Of a stretch of DNA of 64,000 bases, positions 39,480 to 51,500 are shown piece after piece. A program made the position numbers and the translations under genes. The notes below the pieces were generated by a model, which worked only from the letters and a program-made list of their open reading frames with translations, made no database searches and was not told where the DNA came from. The stretch's first letter is position 1. Every line of letters starts with the position of its first letter. Source of the DNA: the human T2T-CHM13v2.0 reference genome, Homo sapiens; the NCBI RefSeq assembly GCF_009914755.1, contig NC_060934.1, one strand, 5' to 3'.

Positions 39480-40412
39480 CACCAGTGCCTTGGCAGCATC
39501 TGCCTTGAGATGTTCAGGGCAATGAGTTGGCAAGGACATCCACCTGTGCACCCACCTGCTGATCCTGATGGAGCACATTTCCATCATCCAGGAGAGTTCC
39601 CTGTGCACTGCCAGCCAGTCTCCCACCCGCCCCCACCCGAGGCAACCACTGGTCTGCTTTCTGTAGCTCAAGATCAGATTCACTTTTTCCAGGGTTTCAT
39701 AGACATAAAATGATACATAAGGTACTCTTTTTCCGGTCTGGCTTCTTTTGCTCAGCATAATGTTTTTGAGATTCATCTTTGTCACTGTGTGTATCACCAG
39801 ATTGTTTTCTTTAATTACTGTCTAATTTCTATTACTGAGAACATCACTATTTGTTTATCTATTCACCTGTCAATGAACATTTGCATCATTTTCAGTTTTT
39901 TGCTTTTTCGATTAAAGCTGCGCTAAACATTCATGTCCAAGTCATTGTGTGGATATATTTTTTTCATTTCTTTTGGGTAATTTTTTTTTTTAAGACAGGA
40001 TCTCACTCTGTCACCCAGGCTGGAGTGCAGTGGCACAATCTCGGCTCATTGTAACCTCCGCCTTCTGGGTTCAAGTGATTCTTGTGCCTCAGCCTCCTAA
40101 GTAGCTGAGACTACAGGCATGTGCCACCACTCCTGGCTAATTTTTGCATTTTTTGGTAGAGACAGGGTTTCACCATTTTTTGGTAGAGACAGGGTTGGCC
40201 AGGCTGGTCTCAAACTCCTGACCTCAAGTGATCCGCCTGCCTCAACCTCCAGAAGTGCTGGGATTACAGGTGTGAGCCACCACGCTCAGCCTCTTCTGGG
40301 TCAATATTTAGGAGCAGAATAGCAAAGTCCTAAGGTAATTTTATGCTTAGCTTTCTAAGAAACAGACAAACTGTCCTCTGAAATAGTTGCACAATCTTCC
40401 ATTTTCACTAGC
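39480..40412 (-). mobile_element. L1MB/ME-type 3' fragment (antisense), interrupted by Alu
   Basis: ggcaaccactggtctgctttctg...ctggcttcttttgctcagcataatgtttttgagattcatc; minus ORF MNLKNIMLSKRSQT. Confidence 0.8.
39981..40291 (-). mobile_element. AluS (Sx/Sz-like) with internal 23-bp duplication
   Basis: Antisense dimeric Alu; cattttttggtagagacagggtt occurs twice. Confidence 0.93.
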
Positions 40413-41446
40413 AAAGCTGGCAAAGTTTTAACATCACTCTGCCCACACAGACAGGTGGCGAAGTGTTCAGGTGCTGCCTGCAGGATGCAGAGTCAGGAAA
40501 AGGTTGTGATCATATCATAGTACAGCAGGCCTTCCCTGGCCAGGTCTAGAGCCCTCTCTTTGCTAAAGCTTTATAAGCTTTCTCTAGCCTTCAACACTGA
40601 GCTCCCCTCTGCATTTGCTGTGGGCATGAGAGCATATATCCACACAGCACAGCCATGCTAAGGTAGAGAGAGCACTATACATTTCCACCAGCCAAGGCTC
40701 AAGGGCCGGACCTCGCCCTACTGACCTGTATGTCTCTCCCCTTGACCCCACCTGCAAGAATCTCTCACCTGCCTTGCATTAACAATTGCCGCTACATGTT
40801 GGCGAACAACCAAATGAATGAATCAATGGATTGAGCCTGGTTTAATCACTTCTATCACGGCCACACCAGCCTTGCTGGAATTGGAGCACTGCATTCCACC
40901 CATGGATGCACCATTGTGAGCACTGACCTCACTCAGGGAAAACATTTCTTTTGATCTCTTGAGAACTTTCCTGCTTGTTGCTGGTGGCTTCAGGAGGGAG
41001 GAGGGGCTTCTGCAGACCCTGCTATTAACCCTGGCCTTCACCCTGAGGACTCACAGAGAGAGGCTCGGTGGTAGAGTCGCACGGAGGCTGGCAAGGAGCT
41101 CTCTGTGGTGTCTAGGCCTGGAGTGAAGGGCTCCAGGGCCAGTCTCAGGAGTCTCAGAAGTGGGCCCTGCCTTGTTGAATGGCAGTACATCCTAAGCCCA
41201 GATTTCTACTCTGAACAGAACAGAGTGATAATAACACATTCACAGTATCGCTCTGAGGATAGAATGAGATAATGTACATGAAAGTGCTTTGAAAACACTA
41301 AATTGCTCCCCAAACACAAGCCTCAATTATCATGCGGCACTGGGTTCTCCTCTGAGCCTGCCCCTGCCTCCCTTCACAGCTGGCACCACCAGGCACATTA
41401 GCTATGCCCAACAAGTCTCCCGCATCTGTCAGCCCGGGAGCTATGA

Positions 41447-42293
41447 GCAGATCCCCTGTAGAGCCCACCAGGGACCCTGGTATCATAAGCACAGTGAAGC
41501 CCAGACCAGTGAGGAGGCCTCCCGCCACTTGGGTCCTGAGGCAAACGAAATCAACTGGCTTGTGTCCAAAGACCTCAGGACCCACCAACCACCGTCTGTC
41601 CTCCCTCCCTTCTGCCTTTCTTCCTTCCTCCCTTCCTTCTTCCCTTTCCTCCTTCCTTCTTTCCTTCCTTCCTTTTTACCTTCTCTCCCTCCTTCTTTCA
41701 TTCCTTCCTTTTCTGCCTTTCATCTGTTTTTCTCTCTTTCCCTCCTTCCTTCTCAGCTTCCTTCTCTCCTTCCTTTTTTCCTTCCCTGCTTCTTTCCCTC
41801 CCTTCTTCCTTTCTTCCTTCCTTCCCATCCTCCTTCTATCTTTCCTTCCTCCCTCTCTTCCCTTCTTCCTTCTTTCCTTCTCCTTTTTCCCTTCCTTCAG
41901 GCTTCCCTCCCTCCCTCTTTCCTGCCTTCCTTCCTAAGGACAAAAAGGATGGAAGGAAGAAAAGAGAGAGAGGGAAGGAGGGAAGGAAAAGGAGAAAGAA
42001 CAAAGGAAGAAAAGAAGAAAGAAAAGAACAAAGGAGGGAAGGAAGGGAAGAATAAAGAAAGGAAGGAAGAAAAGAAGAAAATAAGGAAGCAAAAAGAGCA
42101 GAAGGAAGGAAGGAAAGAAGGAGGAAGGGAATGAAGGAAGAAAGGCAGAGGGAGGGAGGACAGAGGGTGGTCTGTGGATCCTGAGGTCTATGGCTTGGGC
42201 CACTCGCTCTCCTTTGGTCAGGCCTCCTCACTGGTCTGGGTTTCACTGTGCTCATGGTGCAAGGGTCCCTGGTGGGCTCCTACAGGGGTCTGC
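41447..42293. repeat. Long imperfect inverted repeat (~850 bp, no spacer)
   Basis: 41447-41520 is the near reverse complement of 42220-42293, and 41570-41630 of 42130-42190. The inner pyrimidine tract (to 41935) switches abruptly to a purine tract (from 41936). Confidence 0.95.
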
Positions 42294-42929
42294 CACCCTT
42301 CCCTTCCCTCCTTCCCTTCCCGGCATTCCTTTCCAGCATCCCCGGGTTCATTGCTCTCCCCTACAAAGTTGCTTAGCATCTGGTGACTGGATGGAAGTGA
42401 TCTTCCCCTACAGCCTTCTTTCCCAATTTCCACCTTGCTTCTCTACTTAAGGAGACAACCTGAAGCTGCCAGTCCCTAAAAATCAGAAAAAAGCCCCAGC
42501 TCAGCTGCATAGACCTCCCAAGCACCTGACAAACGTTAGAACTGTCCAAAAGCTCCACTTGAAAATGATGCCCAGAGAAGTTACATTGCCTGGAGCCATG
42601 TCAGCTTCCTAAATGGAGAGGGAGGGAAGAAAACATCATCACAGATGTGTCCAGCACAACCTGGCCTCAAGGCACACTAACAGCTCCCAGTGGGGATCCT
42701 AGAATGCAAGATGGTGGCTCAAGAGAAACCATCTTGATCAAGGTGCCACCCTTGCCCCAGGGAGACTGAGTGTCTAAAGCACTGAGCAGGGCTATGACAA
42801 CTGAACACTCTGCTCAGGTTTGGGAGGTACTGGGTTTGGGGAGAAATTTAAAAATTTATGAAACCACTCAGTACTACCCTTCCAGATATCCTTTCTTCCT
42901 AACCCTCTACACCCATCCTTAATTCAATA

Positions 42930-43960
42930 CACAATTGTTAATCCCGACTCTGGGACAAGCTAGGGAAGCAATGCTGAGTGAGACTTGGTTCCTATGCTTA
43001 AACCACTCATGGTTTACAGGGAAAGACAGGCACATAAATGGATAATTTTAAAGTAATATGCTAAGTGCTCTGCTAGGCATAAGAAGCAGGTTCTGTGTGA
43101 GCCTAAGAGGAGCTGCCCAACCCAGCCAGGGAAGTCTGGAAGAATGACATGTGTTGCTGATGCCTGAACTGGAGGTTATTTCTTTATTTACTTCCCTTGC
43201 TGTAACTATATCATGGATTCCAGAACATGTTCCTGGAGGCAGTTGAAACTTAGAAGGCTCATGGCTTTCTTCATGGGAACAAGCTACATCTTTCAGCCAA
43301 AAAAAAAAAGATTCTTCTGACCTTTATTTCATATGAAATTGGGTTTCGGGTCCCATGGATTCTACTACTGAATTATCTCTTCACTCCAACCCTTCCTTCC
43401 TTTCTCCACTGCCACTACCTTACTCCCAGGTATTGACCATCACCTCTCTGCCAAGTTAAGAAACCAGTCCTCTTTCCTAAGACTCCCATCCCATTTCTCA
43501 CTTACCCTCCAATGCACTCGCCACACAGTGGACAGGGTGACTTTTGCTCACTTCCATCTGAACAAGTCAGACTTGTGCTCAAACCTCTGCTAAGGCTCTC
43601 ATAGCTTTTCAAAAAAACTCTAACCTCCTGACACCAGGCCCCTGATGATCTCCCCATCCTCCACTCTTACCACGCCCAACCTGATTCCAAAGCAGCTTCC
43701 CAAATCCGTGGGGTTATTTCATGTCCATATGTATAAGACTACTCCTTCACCATGATTCTCCTGGTCACACCTTGCCTCAAAGGTAGATATAGCCACTACA
43801 TTCCTTGAGCCATTACTTCACCCTGGTCATCCTTCTATGTGTGTAACATTTTGTTGCTTTTGTATGCAACTTGTCCCTCTCCTTTTCACATTATGAGATG
43901 AAAACAAGCCCTATATCTTATTTCTCATTCTAGCAGCAGCACCTGACACAGCACATGCAG
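42930..43960. mobile_element. L2 LINE fragments (both orientations)
   Basis: gacttggttcctatgcttaa...ggaaagacaggcacataa (antisense); ctccaatgcactcgccacacagtggacagggtga (sense). Confidence 0.5.
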
Positions 43961-44053
43961 AAATTACTTAAAAGGTCCTCATATCTAACTGAAAGAGGAT
44001 TTATACATGGCAGAGTAAGGACTTCCATAAATAAGCCCTTCCATAAAAGAATT

Positions 44054-45888
44054 AAAAAATCACAAGCATCCCTACAGCAATAACAGACAAACAGAGAGCC
44101 AAATCATGAGCGAACTCCCATTCACAATTGCTACTAAGACAATAAAATACCTAGGAATACAACTTAAAAGGGATATGAAGGATCTCTTCAAGGAGGACTA
44201 TAGACCACTGCTCAAGGAAATAAGAGAGGACACAAACAAATGGAAAAACATTCCATGCTCATGGATAAGAACAATCAATATCATGAAAATGGCCATACTG
44301 CCCAAAGTAATTTATGGACTCAATGCTATCCCCCTCAAGCTACCATTGACTTTCTTCAAAGAATTGGGAAAAAACATGAAAAAATAAATTTCATATGGAA
44401 CCAAAAAAGAGACCACAGAGCCAAGACAATCCTAAGCAAAAAGAACAAAGCTAGAGGCATCATGCTACCTGACTTCAAAATATACCACAAAGCTACAGTA
44501 ACCAAAACAGCATGGTACTGGTACCAAAACAGATATATGGACCAATGGAACAGAATAGAGGCCTCAGAAATAATGTTACACATCTACAACCATCTAATCT
44601 TTGACAAACCTGACAAAAACAAGCAATGGGGAAAGGATTCACTATTTAATAAATGGTGTTGAGAAAACGGGCTAGCCATATGCCAAAAGCTGAAACTGGA
44701 TCCCTTCCTTACACCTTTTACAAAAATTAACTCCAGATGGATTAAAGACTTAAATATTAGACCTAAAACCATAAAAACCCTAGAAGAATACCTAGGCAGT
44801 ACCATTCAGGACATAGGCATGGGCAAAGACTTCATGTCTAAAATACCAAAAGCAATGGCAATGAAAGCCAAAATTGACAAATGGGATCTCATTAAACTAA
44901 AGAGCTTCTGCACAGCAAAAGAAACTATCATCAGAGTGAACATGTAACCTACAGAATGGGAGAAAAATTTTGCAATCTATCCATCTGCAAAGGGCTAATA
45001 TCCAGAATCTACAAGGAGCTGAAACAAATTTACAAGAAAAAAACAACCCCATCAAAAAGTGGGCAAAGGATATGAATAGACACTTCTCAAAAGAAGACAT
45101 TTATGCAGCCAACAAACATATGAAAAAAAGCTCATCATCACTGATCATTAGAGAAATGCAAATCAAAAGCACAAAGAGACACCATCTCATGCCAGTTAGA
45201 ATGGCAATCATTGAAAAGTCAGGAAACAACAGGTGCTGGAGAGGATGTGGAGAAAATGAATGCTTTTACACTGTTGGTGGGAGTGTAAATTAGTTCAACC
45301 ATTGTGGAAGACAGTGTGGCAATTCCTCAAGGATCTAGAACTAGAAATACCATTTGATCCAGCAATCCCATTACTGGGTATATACCCAAATAATTATAAA
45401 TCATTCTACTATGAAGACACATGCACACATATGTTTATTGTGGCACTGTTCACAATAGCAAAGATTTGGAACCAATCCAAATGCCCATCAATGATAGCCT
45501 GGATAAGGAAAATGTGGCACATATACACCGTGGAATACTATGCAGCCAGAAAAAAAGATGAGTTCATGTCCTTTGCAGGGACATGGATGACACTGGAAAC
45601 CATCATTCTCAGCAATCTAACACAAGAACAGAAAACCAAACACCACATGTTCTCACTCATAAGTGGGAGTTAAACACTGAGAACACATGGACATAGGGAG
45701 AGGAACATCACACACCAGGGCCTGTCAGGGGGTGGGAGGCTAGGGGAGGGATAGCATTATGAGAAATACCTAATGTAGATGATGGGTTGATGGGTGCAGC
45801 AAACCACAATGGTACATGTATACCTATGTAACAAACCTGCGTGTTCTGCACATGTACCCCAGAACTTAAAATATAATAAAAAAAAAAA
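44054..45888 (+). mobile_element. 5'-truncated L1PA (PA6-PA8-like), 3' 1.8 kb
   Basis: ORF2 C-terminal fragments ([19 protein letters not shown]; AWYWYQNR; [16 protein letters not shown]), 3' UTR and poly(A); frameshifted. Confidence 0.95.
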
Positions 45889-46623
45889 CTTTCTCACAAC
45901 CCTAGAAATTAACCAAAGCCATATAACAACCTAAGGAGTGTTTATTCAAAAAATCCCAGCTAATCCTTGGTAAGAACATCAGGATTTATGGTACTTTAAC
46001 TAGATCTACTCCCACCACCTCCTCCCCAGCTCCAGAGTAGCCTTAAAAACCAGCAATCACTCAACCCAGGTGGTTAAGAAGACCATCTTCCTTGCAGCTA
46101 CAAGATGGGGTGGGAACTGAGTTTGGAGCGTCTTAAAAAGTTCCATTCTCCAGGGCATTGTCACAATTTGACGTGTTTCCTGGAAGATCCTTATGCACAC
46201 GGTGTTGTCATTATTTGACCTGGCTTAAAGCTCACTAGGTAGGAAAAGCCCTGTCCTTAGAGCACTTGTTAAAAACAATTAGAAGCAATTGTTTAGCATC
46301 ACAAATACCTGAGTCTGTAATAACAGTTAGGAAAAACAACAGCCTGGCCAAAACCTTAAAAGGAAAATAGAGAGAAAGATGCCCATAGGGACATTGGGAA
46401 ATCTCTGATCTATTCCTGGATATTTAGGACACACCTGGAAAGATCTCAGAAAGCTCCAATATCTTACCTCTGGCTGGCCTTGAGACCATATATAAGTAGA
46501 AAGTAAAGAATACAGAGAGTTGTAAGTACCTACATGAGCATCTAAAGCATGCCCCATCATACATACAGAACCCCCAGGAAAGGGTAAAAATTATATTGAT
46601 TAAAGGCATCTAAAGAGATATCT

Positions 46624-46917
46624 GGCCAGATACGGTGGCTCACACCTGTAATCCAAGGACTTTGGGAGGCTGAGGTGGGTGGATCACCTGAGGTCAGGAG
46701 TTTGAGACCAGCCTGACCAACAAGGCAAAACCCTAGCTCTACTAAAAATATAAAAATTAGCTGGACATGGTGGTGTGTACCTGTAATCCCAGCTACTCAG
46801 GAGGCTGAGGCAGGAGAATCACTTGAACCCGAGAGGCAGAGGTTTCAGTGAGCCAAGATCATGCCACTGCACTCCAGCCTGGGTGACAGAGTGAGACTCC
46901 ACCTCAAAAAAAAAAAA
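46624..46917 (+). mobile_element. AluS (Sx-like)
   Basis: Full dimeric Alu with A tail. Confidence 0.93.
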
Positions 46918-46989
46918 GCAGAAAGAAATATATGACCACCAAGTATTAGCTGACTACTAAGAAAACTGAGCAGAGACTTAAATGGATAC

Positions 46990-47342
46990 TGACATGGTTT
47001 GGCTGTGTCCCCACCCAAATCTCACCTTGAATTGTAATAATCCCCATGCCTTAAGGGCAGGGACAGGTGGAGATAATTGACTACTGGGAGCAGTTTTCCC
47101 CATACTGTTCTCATGGTAGTGAATAAGTCTCACAAGATCTGATGGTTTTATAAATGGCAGTTCCCCTGCACAAGCTCTCTCACCTGCTGCCACGTAAGAT
47201 ATATCTTGCTTCCCCTTTGCTTTCTGCCATGATTGTGAGGCCTCCCCAGCCATGTGGAACTGTGAGTCAATTAAACCTTTTTCTTTATAAATTACTCAGT
47301 TCCAGGTATGTCTTTATTGCAGCATGAGAACAAACTAATACA
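46990..47342 (+). mobile_element. THE1 (B/C-like) solo LTR
   Basis: tgacatggtttggctgtgtccccacccaaatctcaccttgaattgtaa...gcagcatgagaacaaactaataca; 5-bp TSD gatac. Confidence 0.93.
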
Positions 47343-48261
47343 GATACACACTACAGGTAATAAAGACATCACAAAACTAGTCCATCAAAGTTACTAAACA
47401 AGTATATAGCAACAGCAACACCACCAAAAGAGAAAGAAAGAAAGAAAGAAAGAGAGAAAAGCAACAAACCCAGGATAAAGGGGACTTATTTCCAGAGTTG
47501 CCACATCATATTATCTAAAGTGTTCAGTTTTCAACAAAATATATGAGACATTCAGAAAAATAGGAAAAAATGCATTCAATATAAATTGTCCCATGGGGGA
47601 CAGTTGTTGAAATTAGTACCCAAAGACTTTAAGTCAGCTATTAAAAATATTTTCAAGGAACTAGAGAAAATCGTGTCTAAAAAAATTAAAGTATAACAAT
47701 AGTATCTCACCAAATGGAGAATGTCAATAAAGAGACAGAAATTATATTTTTAAAGAACTAAATGAAATTCTTGAATGAAGCTCAATCAATGCTAAGAAGG
47801 AGAACTCAGGGAGACTCATGCCTAAATACATCATAAAACCAAAGCCAGAGATTCTTGAAAGTAGCAAGAAAGAAATGACTCATCACTGATGAGGAATAAG
47901 ATTGTCATCTGACTTCTCAGCAGAGACCATGGTGGCCAGAGGTAGTAAGATGACATGTTCAAAGTACTGCAAGTAAAAGACCGTCAGTCAAGAATTTTAT
48001 ATCTGGCAAAAACTAGCCAGCAAAAATGAAGGAGAAATTAAGACATTCACAGATAAATGAGAATGGATAAAATTTGTTATTATATTGGCTTTACAAGAGA
48101 TACTAGAAGTCCTTTAGTCTCAAATGAAAAGACAATAGATAATAATCTGAATTAACATACAAAATAAAGAGCACTGATAAAGGTAACAATATAAGTAAAA
48201 ATGAAGGTATAAATGTATTTTTGTAACTCTGTCCTCCTATTTGATCAAAAGACAACTGCCT

Positions 48262-48564
48262 GCCAGGTGCAGTGGCTCACTCCTGTAATCCCAGCACTTT
48301 GGGAGGCCGAGGCGGGTGGATCACAAGGTCAAGAGATCGAGACCATCCTGGCTAACATGGTGAAACCCCGTCTCTACTAAAAATACAAAAAATTTGCTGG
48401 GCCTGGTGGCGGGCACCTGTAGTCCCAGCTACTCGGGAGGCTGAGGCAGGAGAATGGCATGAACCCGGGAGGCGGAGCTGGCTGTGAGCCGGGATCGCGC
48501 CACTGCACTCTAGCCTGGACGACACAGCAAGACTCTGTCTCAAAAAAAAAAAAAAAAAAAAAAA
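48262..48564 (+). mobile_element. AluY-like
   Basis: Diagnostic gagatcgagaccatcctggctaac and gaatggcatgaacccgggaggcggagct; CpG-rich; TSD aaaagacaactgcctg. Confidence 0.93.
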
Positions 48565-51500
48565 GACAACTGCCTGTAATAACACTTTTAAATCTGTATT
48601 GACAGGCTTCAAATGTATAAATATGCAATTTCGACAGCAACAATAATATAAAGAAGGGGGAGGAAACAGCTACACTAAAGCAAAGTTTTTGCATAACATT
48701 TAAAATTATCTACCATTAATCTGTTCCGGTTTGTTTTAAGGTAACATGTTAATTGTAATTCCCAGGGCAACCACCACAAAAATAACTAAAAAATATATAC
48801 AGAAAAAGAAACAAGGGAATTAAAATGTTACATTAGAAAATATATATTGAATGCAAAATAAAGCAGTAATGGAAAAAGGAACAAACACATAAGACATGTA
48901 GAAAACAAACAACAAAATGGAAGGTGCTAATCTACTTTATCAGTAATTACATTAAATGTAAATGAATTAAATACTCCAATCAGAAGGCAGAACGACAGAG
49001 TGAATTTTTTAAAAGATGCAACCAGATGTAATCTACAAAAAACACACTTTAGTTTCAAAGATATAATAGGTTGAAAGTAAAACAATGGGAAAATATGTAC
49101 CATACAAACAGTAACCACAAGACAGCTGAAGTGGCTGTACTAATAGCAGACAAAATAGACTTTAAGACAAAAGTGCTATTGAACACAAAAGGAACATTTT
49201 ATAATGATAAAGTGTCCATCTATTAGGAAGGTATGTTTTATAAACCTATGTTCATCTAACAATAGCACCCCAAAAACACAGGAGGCAAAAATTGACAGTA
49301 TTGAAGGTGGACATAAATAATTCAATGATAATATTATAGTTGGAGACTACAATATCTCACTTTCCATAATTGGTAGAACAACTAGACAGAAGTTCAATCA
49401 GGAAACAGCTTGAAAAATGCTATAAACCAACTAGATTTAACAGATATCTATGGAACACTCCATTCAACAAGAGGAGAATTCTTCTCATGCACACATGGAA
49501 CATTTCCCCAGGATAGGACAGACTATGTGCTATGCCCTAAAACATGCCTCGATAAAAGTAAAAGGATTAAAATCACACAAAGTATGTTATTTGACCTAAA
49601 TAGAATTAAAGTAGAAAATCTATACTAGAAGGAAATTTCGAAAATTCATGAATATGTGGAAATTAGACCACAAACCCCTCAATAATCAATGAGTCAAAGA
49701 AGAAATTACAAAGAAAATTTTTTAAAACTTTGAGATTAATGAGAAAAACATACAGAATATCAAAATTTATAGGATGTGACAAAAGCAGTGCCTAGAGGAA
49801 AATTTGTGGGTGTAAACACCTACGTTGAAAGAGAAAGAAGGCCTCAAATCAGTAACTTAACCTTCTCCCTTAAGAAACTAAAAAGATAAAGAGCAAACTA
49901 ACACCAAAATAAGGAAAATTAAGGAAATAATAAAGATTGGAATGGAAATAAATGAAATAGAGCATAGAAAAATAATAGAGAAAATCAATAAGCAAAGAGT
50001 TGATTTTTTTCAAGACTGACAAAATTGATAAAATTTAACTAGATTTATCAATTAAAAATTATAGAAGATTCAAATTACTAGAATCAGAAATAAAAGAGGG
50101 GATTTCACTACTGACCTTAAAAAAATAAAAATAAATAGCTGTGTGACAACAAACTAAATAAGCGAACTAGATATATTTCTAGAAAGACACAAACTGCTGA
50201 AACTCTCTCAAAAAGAAACAGAATTCCTGAATATACCTATAACAAGTTAAGAAATTGAATTGGTAATTTTAAAACTTCCCACAAAGTAAAGTCAAAGCCC
50301 AGATGTCTTCACTGGCGAATTCTTTCAAATATTTAAAGAAGATTTAATGCCATGCCTTCACAAACTCTTCCAAAAAATAGAATAGGAGGGAACACTTCCA
50401 AACTCATTCTAAGAGGCTACTGTTACCCTGATACTAAAATCAGACAAAGACACCACAAGAAAAGAGGACTACAGACCAGTAACCTTTATGAATATCGGCA
50501 CAAAAAATTTCAACAAAATGCTAGCAAAATAAATCCAGCAGCATATAACAAGAATTATACATGACCGTCAAGTGAGATTTATCCTAGGAATGCAGGATTT
50601 GTTTAACATCTGAAAACCAATCAATGTAATATGCCATAGTTAACAGAATAAAGGACAAAAAACATATGATTATCTTTACAGATGCAGAAAAAGCATTTGA
50701 CAAAATTCAAAGCTTTTCATGATTAAAAACAACAACAACACTCAACGAATTAGGAATAGAAGAAAACTCCTTCAACCTGATAAAGGACATCTATGAAACA
50801 TCTGCAGCTAACATCATACTGAATGATGAAAGACTCAATGTTTTTCCCCTAAGACAAGGAACAAGACAAGGATATCCACTTTTGCAACTTCTACTCAATA
50901 TTGTACTGGAGATTCTAGTCATGCAAATCAGGCAAGAAAAGGAAATTTTAAAACATCTAGAAGGAAATAGGGAGGAAGAAGTAAAACTATCTATATTTGC
51001 AGATGACACAGCTCATTTATTTTTTTTAAAGTCCTAAGATATTCACACAAAAAACTATCAAGGCTAATAAATAAATTCTGCAAGGTTGCAGGATACAAGA
51101 TCAATATGTAAAAATCAACTCTATTTCTATATACTATCATGAAAATAAAAATAAAATTAATGAAACAATTCCATTTACAGTAGTATGAAAAGGAAATCAA
51201 ATTTAGGAATAAAAATAACAAATCTAAGTGAAAACAGATGCACTTAGATGGTTCCCCAGTGACAACCTTTCCCCAGGAGTCATTCAGCTTCAGATCTAAA
51301 TGTAAAAGGTAAAATAAAAATAAATAAGCTTCTAAAACAAAATATAGGAAGATAGCTTCCTTGCCTTAATGTAGGCATAGATTTTTAAAATAAGACAAAA
51401 GGCAGTAACCATTTAAAAATAATCAATCATACTTTATTAAAAAGTAATAACTGTTGCTCACCAAAAGACACCAAATTTAGATAGTGAAAAAGATGATACA

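Noticed and set aside
41289-42134. 281-aa ORF (longest in the track) and overlapping ORFs
   Set aside because: It starts at TTG in a MIR-like fragment. Its length comes from stop-free TTCC/GGAA low-complexity tracts, and it has no protein similarity.
41936-42165. EWS-FLI1-type GGAA microsatellite enhancer
   Set aside because: The GGAA units are degenerate, with only about three consecutive perfect copies.
44106-45673. Reverse-transcriptase-related ORFs as an active gene
   Set aside because: These are fragments of a 5'-truncated, frameshifted L1 ORF2.
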